Shown one piece after another: positions 1 to 10,227 of a stretch of DNA of 64,000 bases (position 1 is its first letter; each line of letters starts with the position of its first letter). Source of the DNA: Candidatus Eiseniibacteriota bacterium (lineage in GTDB: Bacteria > Eisenbacteria > RBG-16-71-46); NCBI GenBank assembly GCA_963707915.1, contig OY970178.1:3040001-3104000 (forward strand). The letters run 5' to 3'. Under the pieces are notes generated by a model, which had not been told where the DNA came from, did not search any database, and saw only the letters and a list, made by a program, of their open reading frames with translations. A program made the position numbers and the translations under genes.

Positions 1-1
1 C

Positions 2-763
2 GGCGAGCGGGCGCTCGGCGTCGTCCACCTGAAGGACATCGTCAAGGGCGGGATGCGGCACCGCTTCGAGCAGCTGCGTGCCATGGGCATCCGGACCGTG
101 ATGATCACCGGCGACAACCCGCTCACGGCCGCGGCCATCGCGGCCGAGGCGGGGGTGGACGACTTCCTGGCACAGGCGACGCCAGAGGCCAAGATGTCCC
201 TGATCCGCAAGGAGCAACAGGGCGGGAACCTGGTCGCGATGACCGGCGACGGGACGAACGACGCGCCGGCCCTGGCCCTCGCGGACGTCGGCGTGGCGAT
301 GAACTCCGGGACCCAGGCCGCCAAGGAAGCGGGCAACATGGTGGATCTCGACAGCAACCCCACGAAGCTCATCGAGGTGGTCGAGATCGGCAAGCAACTG
401 CTCATGACCCGCGGATCGCTGACCACGTTCAGCGTCGCCAACGACATCTCGAAGTACTTCTGCATCATCCCGGCGATGTTCGCGGTGACCTACCCGATGC
501 TCGGTGCCGTCAACTTCCTGCGCTACGGGCCCTACGCCGCGATGACCAATCCGCAGTCGGCGGTGCTCGCGGCGGTGATCTTCAACGCGCTCATCATCGT
601 CGCGCTGATCCCGCTGGCGCTGCGGGGCGTGGGTTACAGGCCGAGCGGTGCGTCCGCCGTGCTGCGGCGCAACCTGCTGATCTACGGGGTGGGCGGCGTC
701 CTCGTGCCCTTCCCCGCGATCTGGATCATCGACCGGCTGCTGCTCGTGCTGCGGCTGGCGTGA
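2..763 (+). CDS. kdpB: K+-transporting P-type ATPase subunit B, 3' part (truncated by the window edge)
   Basis: Open from base 2 ([18 protein letters not shown]). P-type motifs [10 protein letters not shown] and [13 protein letters not shown]; KdpB-type [34 protein letters not shown]. Confidence 0.97.
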   Translation, partial: GERALGVVHLKDIVKGGMRHRFEQLRAMGIRTVMITGDNPLTAAAIAAEAGVDDFLAQATPEAKMSLIRKEQQGGNLVAMTGDGTNDAPALALADVGVAMNSGTQAAKEAGNMVDLDSNPTKLIEVVEIGKQLLMTRGSLTTFSVANDISKYFCIIPAMFAVTYPMLGAVNFLRYGPYAAMTNPQSAVLAAVIFNALIIVALIPLALRGVGYRPSGASAVLRRNLLIYGVGGVLVPFPAIWIIDRLLLVLRLA

Positions 764-832
764 CCGAACCTGGGATGGCCGCCGGAGGTCCCCGGACCGG
801 GACGTCGGCGGCCGCATGAAGGAGAACGAACG

Positions 833-1462
833 ATGCTGCGACAACTGAGGCCCGCCCTGGTGAGCGTGGTGACGCTGATGGTGCTGTGCGGGCTCGTCTT
901 CCCGCTCGCGGTCACCGGCATCGCGCAGTTGGTCTTCCATCACCAGGCGAACGGCAGCCTGATCGTGCGCGACGGCCGGATCGTCGGGTCGCGCCTCATC
1001 GGCCAGGGATTCGGCGGTCCGGGGTACTTCCATCCCCGGCCCTCGGCCGCCGGGGGCGGCTACGACGCCACCACGTCGGCGGGCACCAACCTCGGACCGA
1101 CCTCGGACAAGCTGATCAACGGCATCCACAAGAAGTTGCCGAACGGACAGGACGATCCCGGCAACTTCGACGGCATCCGCGACCTGGCGGCGGCCTACCG
1201 GCAGGAGAACGGGCTGGCCGCCGCCACGCCGCTGCCGGCGGACGCGGTGACCCGCTCGGGGAGCGGGCTCGATCCCGACATCAGCCCGGCGAACGCGGCG
1301 CTGCAGGTGGCGCGCGTGGCGCAGACGCGCGGGCTGCCGGTGGACGCGGTCCGGCGCCTGGTGCTGGCACACACGGAGGGGCGAACGCTCGGCCTGCTGG
1401 GCGAGCCGCGCGTGAACGTGCTCGAGCTGAACCTGGCGCTCGATGCCACGAGGACGCAATGA
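833..1462 (+). CDS. kdpC: K+-transporting ATPase subunit C
   Basis: N-terminal TM helix, QANGSL, YFHPRPSA, VTRSGSGLDPDISP, GEPRVNVLELNLALD; AGGAG RBS upstream. Confidence 0.96.
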   Translation: MLRQLRPALVSVVTLMVLCGLVFPLAVTGIAQLVFHHQANGSLIVRDGRIVGSRLIGQGFGGPGYFHPRPSAAGGGYDATTSAGTNLGPTSDKLINGIHKKLPNGQDDPGNFDGIRDLAAAYRQENGLAAATPLPADAVTRSGSGLDPDISPANAALQVARVAQTRGLPVDAVRRLVLAHTEGRTLGLLGEPRVNVLELNLALDATRTQ

Positions 1463-2247
1463 AGCCGGTGCGGCAGGCGGGAGCGCCGGCGCTCGTCATT
1501 GGAGCCGTGCTCGCGCTGGGACTCGGACTGCCGCGGGGAGTTCTCGGCACACCCTCGACCACGTTCTGGGCGCCCTCGACGCCCTCCGTCCAGCCCTACG
1601 GCCTGTTGCACCTGACCTATGACACCTACTTCCAGAGCGGAGCCGAGTACCCCGTCGATATCGGACTCGAGATCGGGGCGCTGCGCTCGAAGAAGCTGCA
1701 GCTCGAGACCGGCTTCGACCTGCTCTATCCGACGATCTCGAGTGACGGCCCGCTCGCCCTTCCGATTCTGCTCAATGCCAAGGTCGGCTCCCCGGAGGAT
1801 GCCTGGTTCAAGGGTTCCCCGGCATGGTCGGCGGGGATCTTCGGCGTCGGATTCCACCCGGATGTCACGAACTACGACGTCCTCCACCTGATGCTGGGCA
1901 AGACCGTCCCGCGGGCCGGGGAGCTGTCGCTGGGAGCCTACTACGGGCTCACGAAGGACCTCTTACGGTCCTCCGATGGCCGGGAGAGCCGCGGGGGTCT
2001 GATGGCCGGCTGGACCTCGCCATCGCTGCACGTCGCGGCCATCGACCACCTCCAACTGGCCTGGGACGTCCAGACCGGCAGGAACGTGCTGGGTGCGACC
2101 GGGGGTGGAGCCTATCTGTACCTCACCCCTGCCATCGACCTGCTCGTCGGACCGGTGTACTTCTTCGATGAGCGCCTGCAACCCGGCGCCTCGCGCTGGA
2201 TGTGGTCGGTCCAGTTCGATGCGGACGTGAACCTGCTCACCCGCTGA
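1459..2247 (+). CDS. Putative outer-membrane beta-barrel protein within the kdp operon
   Basis: ATG overlaps the kdpC stop (ATGA). Signal-peptide-like N-terminus and many amphipathic beta-strand segments rich in aromatics and Gly (WMWSVQFDADV near the end). This is the 3' part of ORF 886..2247. Confidence 0.6.
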   Translation: MKPVRQAGAPALVIGAVLALGLGLPRGVLGTPSTTFWAPSTPSVQPYGLLHLTYDTYFQSGAEYPVDIGLEIGALRSKKLQLETGFDLLYPTISSDGPLALPILLNAKVGSPEDAWFKGSPAWSAGIFGVGFHPDVTNYDVLHLMLGKTVPRAGELSLGAYYGLTKDLLRSSDGRESRGGLMAGWTSPSLHVAAIDHLQLAWDVQTGRNVLGATGGGAYLYLTPAIDLLVGPVYFFDERLQPGASRWMWSVQFDADVNLLTR

Positions 2248-2315
2248 CGCCAGGCGAGTGTGCTACGCTGCCGCCCGGTCGTGGGCGCGCCATGGCCCGA
2301 CCGTCGCGAGGGCCG

Positions 2316-5048
2316 ATGAACGACCAGCGTCCGGATCCCGATGAGCTCCTGCGCCGCATCCGCGAGCAGGAGGAGCGCGAGCACCGGGCCAAGCTGAAGA
2401 TCTTCTTCGGCGCCTCGGCCGGCGTCGGCAAGACCTACGCGATGCTGGTCGAGGCGCACGAGCGCCGCCGGTCCGGCGTGGACGTCGTGGCGGGCGTGGT
2501 CGAGACCCACGGTCGCTCCGAGACGGCTGCGCTGCTCGAGGGACTGGAGCCCCTGCCCCTGCGCCCGGTCGAGTACCGGGGCGCGACGCTGCGTGAGTTC
2601 GACCTCGATGCGGCGCTGGTGCGGCGCCCTGGCCTGCTGCTGCTGGACGAGTTGGCCCACACCAACGCTCCGGGCTCGCGGCACGCCAAGCGCTGGCTGG
2701 ACGTCGAGGAGTTGCTGGCCGAGGGCATCGACGTCTACACCACGCTCAACGTCCAGCACGTCGAGAGCATGTACGACGTGGTCGCGCAGATCACCGGCGT
2801 TGCGGTCCGCGAGAACGTGCCCGACTCGATCCTCGAGCGCGCCGACGAGATCGAACTCGTGGATCTGCCGCCGGACGACCTGCTCCAGCGACTGCGCGAG
2901 GGCAAGGTCTACATCCCCGAACAGGCCGCGCGCGCGGCCGAGCACTTCTTCAAGAAGGGGAACCTGATCGCGCTGCGCGAGCTGGCCTTGCGCGTGACCG
3001 CCCACCGCGTGGACCAGCAGATGGAGTCCTACCGTCGCGAGCACGCCATCCGGGACACCTGGGCCGTGGGTGGGCGCATCCTCGTGGGCCTGGGTGAGCC
3101 CAAGGCCGGCCTGCGCCTGATCCGCTCGGCGAGCCGGATGGCGGCCCGGTTGCAGGCCGAATGGCTGGTCGTGCACGTCGAGACCCCGGGGGAGTTCGCT
3201 CCCACGGGCGCTTCGCGCGACCACGTCGTGGACCTGATGGGCTATGCGGAGGAACTGGGTGCGGAGACCGCGATGCTCACCGGCACGCGCATCGCCGACC
3301 AGATGCTGGCCTACGCGCGGGAGCGGAACGTCTCGCGCATCATCGTGGGGCGGCCCACGCGCTTGCGCTGGCTCCGGTTGCTGCGCGGCTCGCTGGTGGA
3401 CGCGCTGCTCGCCAGCAGCGGCGAGATCGACGTCTTCGTGATGAGCGGCGAGAGCGAGGGGGACGAGCGGCCACCGGGTCCCGACCCCCCGCGCCGGCCT
3501 TCGCTGCGCGCTTCAAGCTACGCGCAGAGCCTGCTGACTGTCGCGCTGTGCACCGGGGTCGCGTGGGTCGTGCACCTGCGGCTCGACCCCACGAACCTCA
3601 CGATGATCTACCTGCTGGGCATCATGGCGGTGGCGATGCGCCTGGGTCGGGGGCCGGCGGTCATGGCCTCGGTCCTGAGCGTGGCCGCCTTCGACTTCTT
3701 CTTCGTGCCGCCCCGGATGGCGTTCCGGGTCTCGGACACGCAGTACCTGCTGACCTTCGTGGGGATGCTGCTGGTGGGGCTGGTCATCAGCACCATGGCC
3801 TCGCAGCTGCGCCAGCAGACCGCCGCCGCCCGGGAACGGGAGCACCGGACCGCGGCGCTCTACATGCTCAGCCGCGAGCTGTCGAGCCTGCGGGCGACGG
3901 ACGAACTCCTGCGGGCGGCGTTGCGGCGGGTGACCGACGTGCTCGGGGGCCGCGGGGTGATCCTGCTGCCCGACGCTGCGGGCGGGCTCTCGGTCGCCGC
4001 CGGTGAGGCCTCCGTGCTGGGCGAGGCGGGGCACGACCAGGGCGTGGCCCGGTGGGTCTTCGACCACGGGCAGCCCGCGGGGGCCGGCACGCCGACGCTG
4101 CCCGCGGCGGGCGCGTTGTTCCTGCCGCTGCTCGGGGCGAGCCAGGCGGTCGGTGTGCTCGGCATCGTGCCCGACGACCCGGGACGCGTGCCGACCCGCG
4201 ACCGCCTCCGGTTGGCCGAGACCTTCGCTTCGCAGGTGGCGCTCAGCCTCGAGCGGGCGCAGCTGGCCGAGCAGGCCGAGCGCACCCATGTGCTGGTCGA
4301 GTCCGAGCGCACGCGCAGCCTGCTGCTGAGCAGCGTCTCGCACGATCTGCGCACGCCGCTCTCGGTCATCACCGGCGCCACCAGCAGCCTGCTGGCCGAC
4401 GGCGCGCCGTTGCCCGCGCCGTTGCGCAAGGAGCTGGTGGAGACCATCGCCGATGAGGCGCAGCGGCTGAACCGGCTGGTCGGCAACCTGCTCGACATGA
4501 CGCGGCTCGAGTCGGGCGCGATGCCGGTGCGGCGGGAGTGGCACTCGTTCGAGGAGGTCGTGGGCGCCGCGCTGGCACGGCTCGAGTCGCGCCTGCAGGG
4601 CCGCGAGGTGACCGTGCGGCTGGCCCCCGGCCTGCCACTGGTCCTGATCGACGACGTGCTGATCGAGCAGGTGCTCTTCAACCTCGTCGACAACGCGCTC
4701 AAGTACACTCCGGCCGGCGGGCCGATCGGGATCGTCGCGGCGCTCAACGATGGCGTGCTGCGCATCGAGGTGGCCGACCGCGGTCCGGGCCTGCCGCCGG
4801 GGCGGGAGGAGAGCGTGTTCGAGAAGTTCTACCGTGGCCGCCGCGAAGGCGACCCGAGCGGCGTGGGCCTGGGCCTCAGCATCTGCCGGGGCATCGTCGA
4901 ATCGCACGGCGGCGCGATCGCGGGGGAGAACCGGGAGGGCGGCGGGGCGGTGTTCCGGGTGCTGCTGCCGCAGCGGGAGCGACCGCCGGCGGTGGCGCCC
5001 GAGGAGGAGCCGGGGGCGGGCGCCGCCACGGCGGGGGAGCCGTCGTGA
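2316..5048 (+). CDS. kdpD: Osmosensitive K+ sensor histidine kinase
   Basis: RPDPDELL...KLKIFFGASAGVGKTYAML, DELAHTNAPGSRH, Usp-like domain, 4 TM helices, GAF, SHDLRTPL H-box, intact N/G1/F/G2 boxes. Alternative ATG at 2292. Confidence 0.97.
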   Translation: MNDQRPDPDELLRRIREQEEREHRAKLKIFFGASAGVGKTYAMLVEAHERRRSGVDVVAGVVETHGRSETAALLEGLEPLPLRPVEYRGATLREFDLDAALVRRPGLLLLDELAHTNAPGSRHAKRWLDVEELLAEGIDVYTTLNVQHVESMYDVVAQITGVAVRENVPDSILERADEIELVDLPPDDLLQRLREGKVYIPEQAARAAEHFFKKGNLIALRELALRVTAHRVDQQMESYRREHAIRDTWAVGGRILVGLGEPKAGLRLIRSASRMAARLQAEWLVVHVETPGEFAPTGASRDHVVDLMGYAEELGAETAMLTGTRIADQMLAYARERNVSRIIVGRPTRLRWLRLLRGSLVDALLASSGEIDVFVMSGESEGDERPPGPDPPRRPSLRASSYAQSLLTVALCTGVAWVVHLRLDPTNLTMIYLLGIMAVAMRLGRGPAVMASVLSVAAFDFFFVPPRMAFRVSDTQYLLTFVGMLLVGLVISTMASQLRQQTAAAREREHRTAALYMLSRELSSLRATDELLRAALRRVTDVLGGRGVILLPDAAGGLSVAAGEASVLGEAGHDQGVARWVFDHGQPAGAGTPTLPAAGALFLPLLGASQAVGVLGIVPDDPGRVPTRDRLRLAETFASQVALSLERAQLAEQAERTHVLVESERTRSLLLSSVSHDLRTPLSVITGATSSLLADGAPLPAPLRKELVETIADEAQRLNRLVGNLLDMTRLESGAMPVRREWHSFEEVVGAALARLESRLQGREVTVRLAPGLPLVLIDDVLIEQVLFNLVDNALKYTPAGGPIGIVAALNDGVLRIEVADRGPGLPPGREESVFEKFYRGRREGDPSGVGLGLSICRGIVESHGGAIAGENREGGGAVFRVLLPQRERPPAVAPEEEPGAGAATAGEPS

Positions 5049-5761
5049 CCGATCCCGGACCGCAGGAGGGGCTGGCCCCGCTGGTCCTGGTCGTCGAGGA
5101 CGAGGTGTCGATGGTGCGTCTGCTCAAGGCGGCGCTTGGCAGCCAGGGCTTCCGCGTGGTCGAGGCGGCGAGCGGCCAGGAGGCGCTGCGCCAGGCGGCC
5201 ACGCGCTCCCCGGACCTGGTCGTGCTCGACCTCGGCCTGCCCGACCTGGACGGGCTCGAAGTCACGCGCCGGTTGCGCGAGTGGTCGCCGGTGCCCATCA
5301 TCGTGGTCTCCGCCCGGGGACAGGAGGGCGACAAGATCAAGGCGCTCGACGCCGGCGCGGACGACTACGTCACCAAGCCCTTCGCGGTCGGCGAGTTGCT
5401 GGCACGCATGAGGGTCGCGTTGCGCCACGCGGCGCAGACCGCCCAGGAATCCGGCGACTCGGTCGTGACGGTGGAGGGTCTGCGCGTGGATCGGTCGCGC
5501 CGGCAGGTCTTCGTGGACGAGACCGAGGTCCGCCTGACGCCGATCGAATACCGGCTGCTCTCCGCACTTGCCCAGTACCCGGGCCGCGTGCTGACCCATG
5601 AGCACCTGCTGCGCCAGGTCTGGGGGCCGGGCTATACGCACCAGCACCACTACCTGCGGGTGTACATGGCCCAGCTCCGGCACAAGCTCGAGCGGGACCC
5701 GTCGCGGCCCCGCTACCTGCTCACGGAGCCCGGGGTCGGCTACCGCCTGCGCGACTCCTGA
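5045..5761 (+). CDS. kdpE: OmpR-family response regulator
   Basis: GTG overlaps the kdpD stop. LVVEDE, VLDLGLPDLDG, GADDYVTKPF, YLRVYMAQLRHKLE, LLTEPGVGYR. Confidence 0.95.
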   Translation: MTDPGPQEGLAPLVLVVEDEVSMVRLLKAALGSQGFRVVEAASGQEALRQAATRSPDLVVLDLGLPDLDGLEVTRRLREWSPVPIIVVSARGQEGDKIKALDAGADDYVTKPFAVGELLARMRVALRHAAQTAQESGDSVVTVEGLRVDRSRRQVFVDETEVRLTPIEYRLLSALAQYPGRVLTHEHLLRQVWGPGYTHQHHYLRVYMAQLRHKLERDPSRPRYLLTEPGVGYRLRDS

Positions 5762-5940
5762 CCGGCCGCGGTCCTGAAGAGGGTGGCATCGCCGCCGTCC
5801 CGGGGTTAGGATGCCTTCGCCTTCCCGCGTCCCCGGCCTCGATGTCTTCGCGGGCGCGAACGGACCGAAACCAGCGCTGCCGTCGCCCCTCCGGCCCCGG
5901 TGCGCACGATGGATGAGCTTGCTTCACAGGGAGGAACCCG

Positions 5941-8040
5941 ATGAGCGATCTTTCCTACGGACGGGACCGGCTCGGTGACGCGGAAGCGGCCGCGCGCCTG
6001 GAGTGGCTGGTGACCAACGGCATCGGAGGCTTCGCCTCGGGGACCGTGAGCGGAGCGTTGACGCGGCGCTACCACGGCCTGCTCGTCGCCTCGCTCAAGC
6101 CGCCGGTGGGCCGCACCCTGCTGCTCGCCAAGCTGGCCGAGAGCCTCGATGTCGGCGGGGCGTGGGTGGACCTCGACGAGAACCGCTGGGCGAGCGGGAC
6201 GGCCTCGTCCTCCGGCCACCTGCACCTCGAGTCCTTCCGCCTCGACGAGACCGTGCCGGTGTGGACCTGGGCCATCGGCGACACGCGCCTCGAGAAGCGC
6301 GTGTGGATGGAGCACGGCGAGAACACCACCTTCATCGAGTACCGGCTGGCCGCGGCCAGCGCCCCGGCGCGGCTCTACCTGCGCGCGCTGGTCAACCACC
6401 GCGACGCCCACGAGACCACCACGAACGGCACCTGGACCGCGCGCGTCGAGCCCGCCGCCGACGGCGTCTGCGTCGAGGCCTGGGACGGCGCCACGCCGCT
6501 GTGGCTGTTCGCGCCCGGGGCCGAGGTCCGGCCGGTGAACGACTGGTACCGCGGCTTCCACCTCGCGCTCGAGGCCGAGCGCGGGCTCGACTGCGTGGAG
6601 GACCACCTCTGTGCCGCCGAGATCATCGCCACGCTGAAGCCGGGCGAGGCCGTCGTGGTCACGGCCAGCACGCGGCGCAGCGCCGGCCGCGACGCCGGCA
6701 CCCCGCTGGCGCGCGCCTTCTCGCTGCAGCGCCGGCGCGCCCGCGAGAAGAGCCTGCTCGATTCCTGGCGGAAGGCGCAGCCCAAGGCCTCGCGCAACGC
6801 GCCCGACTGGGTGCGGCGGCTGGTGCTGGCCGCCGACCAGTTCGTGGTCGAGCGCGCCATCCCGGGCGAGCCGCAGGGCCGCAGCATCATCGCCGGCTAC
6901 CCGTGGTTCAGCGACTGGGGGCGCGACACCATGATCGCGCTGCCCGGCCTGGCGCTGGCGACCGGGCGGCCGGAGCTGGCGCGCACCATCCTCGCGACCT
7001 TCGCGCGCTTCGTCGACCAGGGGATGCTGCCCAACTACTTCCCCGACCAGGGCGAGCCGCCCACCTACAACACGGTGGACGCGACGCTGTGGTTCTTCCA
7101 GGCCGTGCGCGCCTACGTCGAGACCACCAGCGACCTCAAGTTCCTGGCCGAGGTCTACCCGACGCTCGAGGACATCGGCGCCTGGTACGAGCGCGGCACG
7201 CGCTACGGCATCCGGATGGACCCGGCGGACAGCCTGGTCGCCGCGGGCGACGAGGGCGTGCAGCTCACCTGGATGGACGCCAAGGTCGACGACTGGGTCG
7301 TCACGCCGCGCCGCGGCAAGCCGGTCGAGATCAACGCGCTCTGGTACAACGCGCTCGCCGCGATGGTGACGTTCGCGAACCGGCTCAAGGTGCCGGCCGA
7401 GGCGCACGAGAAGCGCATGCGCGAGATCGAGATGTCGTTCCAGCGCTTCTGGAACCCCGCGACCGGCTGTCTCTTCGACGTGCTCGACGGGCCGGAGGGG
7501 AACGACCCGGCGATCCGCCCCAACCAGCTGCTCGCGGTCTCGCTGCCGGCCAGCCCGCTCACGCACGAGCAGCAGCGCGCGGTGCTCGAGACCTGCGGGT
7601 CCCAGCTGCTGACCTCGCACGGGCTGCGCAGCCTGTCGTCGGCCGATTCCCGCTACCGCGGCGTCTACTCCGGGGACCGGCGCCGGCGGGACGGGGCCTA
7701 CCACCAGGGCACGGTGTGGACCTGGCTGCTGCCCCACTTCGCGCTGGCGCACGCCCGCGTGAACGGGCGGCGGGAGGAGGCGCTCGCGTTCCTCGCGCCG
7801 CTGGGCGAGCTGATGGGCGCCTTCGGCGTGGGCTCGCTGCCCGAGATCGCCGACGGCGCCGCGCCCTTCACCCCGCGCGGCTGCATCGCGCAGGCCTGGT
7901 CGGTGGGGGAGACGCTGCGCGCCTGGCACACGCTCGCGACCGCCCGTCCCGTGACGGCGAAATCCTCGCGGACCCCGGCCCGCGCGAAGTCGCGCACCCG
8001 GACGGCGTCGCGTCCCAGGACGCTGGCGCGGGCGAGATAG
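5941..8040 (+). CDS. Glycogen debranching enzyme, archaeal type (amylo-alpha-1,6-glucosidase family)
   Basis: EWLVTNGIGGFASGT, RRYHGLL, IIAGYPWFSDWGRDTMI, QLTWMDAK, RPNQL, AYHQGTVW, QAWSVGE; GGAGG RBS. Confidence 0.92.
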   Translation: MSDLSYGRDRLGDAEAAARLEWLVTNGIGGFASGTVSGALTRRYHGLLVASLKPPVGRTLLLAKLAESLDVGGAWVDLDENRWASGTASSSGHLHLESFRLDETVPVWTWAIGDTRLEKRVWMEHGENTTFIEYRLAAASAPARLYLRALVNHRDAHETTTNGTWTARVEPAADGVCVEAWDGATPLWLFAPGAEVRPVNDWYRGFHLALEAERGLDCVEDHLCAAEIIATLKPGEAVVVTASTRRSAGRDAGTPLARAFSLQRRRAREKSLLDSWRKAQPKASRNAPDWVRRLVLAADQFVVERAIPGEPQGRSIIAGYPWFSDWGRDTMIALPGLALATGRPELARTILATFARFVDQGMLPNYFPDQGEPPTYNTVDATLWFFQAVRAYVETTSDLKFLAEVYPTLEDIGAWYERGTRYGIRMDPADSLVAAGDEGVQLTWMDAKVDDWVVTPRRGKPVEINALWYNALAAMVTFANRLKVPAEAHEKRMREIEMSFQRFWNPATGCLFDVLDGPEGNDPAIRPNQLLAVSLPASPLTHEQQRAVLETCGSQLLTSHGLRSLSSADSRYRGVYSGDRRRRDGAYHQGTVWTWLLPHFALAHARVNGRREEALAFLAPLGELMGAFGVGSLPEIADGAAPFTPRGCIAQAWSVGETLRAWHTLATARPVTAKSSRTPARAKSRTRTASRPRTLARAR

Positions 8041-8238
8041 CGGGATCGGAACGGACGGTCGGGCACGGCGGGCCGGTCGGGCACCGCGGCGGCGAAGCCG
8101 ACGAGGTCAGGGCCGGCCCGCATCGACCGCCGGCCGGCCGCACCGGGGTTGTCGGTTGCCGCGGTGCGTGATAGTGGTCCGTGACGTGTCTGGATCCGTT
8201 CGTCTCCGTCGCGCCGTGTCACCCATCCGGGTCTCGCG

Positions 8239-10227
8239 ATGCCGCTGATCCTCGCCGGGCTGGGGTTGCTGGCGCTGGGCGCCCTCGCCGCGCTGGCGGC
8301 TGCGCGTTCCCCGCGCTGGGCCACGCTGCTGGGCGTGGGCGGCACGGTCGCCGGGTGCGCCTGCGCCATGGTCCCGGTCGTGGGCGTGCTGCTCGGGGAC
8401 GCGCCCGCGACCCTGCGGATCCCCTGGAGCGTGCCGTTCGGTTCGCTCGCCCTCGGCCTGGACGGGCTCTCGGCCCTCTTCCTGCTGCCCATCCTCGCGC
8501 TCTCCGCCCTCGCCGCGCTCTACGGCGGCGAGTACCTCGGCGGCTTCCGCGGGCGCGCGGTCCCGGCGCGGGCCTGGCCGTTCTACGCGCTGCTGGTCGC
8601 CGGCATGACGCTGGTGGCGCTGGCGCGCAACGGCGTGCTGTTCCTGGCGGCGTGGGAGGTCATGTCGCTGTCGGCCTACTTCCTGGTGGTGCTCGAGGAC
8701 GAGACGCCGGCGGTGCGGTCCGCGGGCTGGACCTACCTGGTCGCCACGCACCTCGGCACCGCCTTCCTGATCGTGATGTTCGTGGTGCTGGGGCACCGGG
8801 CCGGTTCGCTCGACTTCGAGCGCTTCGCCGGCGCCCTGCCGCCCGCCGCGCCGCTGGCCGGGCTGGTCTTCGCGCTCGCCCTGGTCGGCTTCGGCACCAA
8901 GGCCGGCTTCATGCCCCTGCACGTCTGGCTGCCCGAGGCGCACCCGGCCGCGCCCAGCCACGTCTCCGCCGTGATGTCGGGGGTGATGATCAAGCTCGGC
9001 ATCTACGGCCTGCTGCGCACGCTGACCTTCCTGGGGCCGCCGCCGGCGTGGTGGGGCTGGACGCTGGTGGCCGTGGGCCTCACCTCGGGCGTGGTCGGAG
9101 TGCTCTTCGCCCTGGCCCAGAACGACTTCAAGCGGCTGCTGGCGTACTGCAGCGTCGAGAACGTCGGGATCATCGCGCTGGGGATCGGCGTGGGGCTGCT
9201 CGGCGTCCACTACGGCTCCGCGCCGCTGGCGGTGCTGGGCTTCGCCGGGGCGCTCCTGCACGTGGTGAACCACGCGCTGTTCAAGGGCCTGCTCTTCCTC
9301 GGAGCGGGCGCGGTGCTGCACGCCACCGGTACGCGCGAGATGGACCAGCTGGGCGGGGTGCTCAAGCGCATGCCCTGGACCGGGACGCTGTTCCTGGTGG
9401 GGGCGGCGGCGATCTGCGGCCTGCCGCCGCTCAACGGCTTCGCCAGCGAGTTCCTGGTCTTCCTCGGGGCCTACCAGGGCGTGCTGCACCCGGCCGCCGG
9501 CGTGGCCGGCCCGGCGCTGGCGGTGCTGGCCGGGCTCGCGCTCGTCGGCGGGCTGGCGGCGGCCGGCTTCGCCAAGCTCTTCGGCGTGGTGTTCCTGGGC
9601 GAGCCCCGCAGCGAGCGCGTCGCGCGGGCGCACGAGCCTGGCCTGGCCATGCGCCTGCCGATGGTCGCGCTGGCCGCGGGCTGCGCGCTGGCCGGCCTCG
9701 CGCCCGGCCTGCTGGTGGGGCGCATGGGAAGCGCGCTCGGGCCGCTGACCGGGCTGGCGGCAGGCAGCATCGAGTCGGCGCTGGCGCTGGCGGTCGTGCC
9801 GCTCACCCGGGTCTCGGCCGGGGCGGGCGTGCTGCTCCTGCTGGGCGGCGCGCTGGTGCTGTGGCGGACCCGGCGGACCGCCCGCGGGCCGGCGGTCGAG
9901 GCGCTCACCTGGGACTGCGGCTACGCCCGGCCGACGCCGCGCATGCAGTACACCGCCTCGTCCTTCGCGCGGCCGCTCACGCTGCTGTTCGGCGGGTTCC
10001 TGCGCACCCGCACCACGAGCGTGGCGCCGACCGGGCCCTTCCCGCGGGAGGCGGCGCTCGCCACCGCCACGCCCGACGTCTTCCGCGACGCGCTCTTCCG
10101 CCCGGTGTTCCGCCTGGCCTCGGGGACGCTCGCCAAGCTGCGCTGGCTGCAGCGCGGGCGCGTGCAGCTCTACGTGCTCTACATCCTGCTCACGCTCGTC
10201 GTGCTGCTGGTGTGGAAGCTGCGATGA
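8239..10227 (+). CDS. hyfB: Proton-conducting antiporter-like subunit (HyfB/EhrA-like)
   Basis: Very hydrophobic. WEVMSL, KAGFMPLHVWLPEAHPAAPSHVSAVMSGVMIK, NHALFKGLLFL, LPPLNGFASE, TWDCGY..PTPRMQYT. Confidence 0.88.
   Translation: MPLILAGLGLLALGALAALAAARSPRWATLLGVGGTVAGCACAMVPVVGVLLGDAPATLRIPWSVPFGSLALGLDGLSALFLLPILALSALAALYGGEYLGGFRGRAVPARAWPFYALLVAGMTLVALARNGVLFLAAWEVMSLSAYFLVVLEDETPAVRSAGWTYLVATHLGTAFLIVMFVVLGHRAGSLDFERFAGALPPAAPLAGLVFALALVGFGTKAGFMPLHVWLPEAHPAAPSHVSAVMSGVMIKLGIYGLLRTLTFLGPPPAWWGWTLVAVGLTSGVVGVLFALAQNDFKRLLAYCSVENVGIIALGIGVGLLGVHYGSAPLAVLGFAGALLHVVNHALFKGLLFLGAGAVLHATGTREMDQLGGVLKRMPWTGTLFLVGAAAICGLPPLNGFASEFLVFLGAYQGVLHPAAGVAGPALAVLAGLALVGGLAAAGFAKLFGVVFLGEPRSERVARAHEPGLAMRLPMVALAAGCALAGLAPGLLVGRMGSALGPLTGLAAGSIESALALAVVPLTRVSAGAGVLLLLGGALVLWRTRRTARGPAVEALTWDCGYARPTPRMQYTASSFARPLTLLFGGFLRTRTTSVAPTGPFPREAALATATPDVFRDALFRPVFRLASGTLAKLRWLQRGRVQLYVLYILLTLVVLLVWKLR

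Noticed and set aside
5762..5940. CTGAAGA ... GAAAC resembling a hammerhead ribozyme core in the kdpE-debranching enzyme spacer
   Set aside because: The stems required around the core do not form in the right register; the other hairpins here are unremarkable for this GC content.
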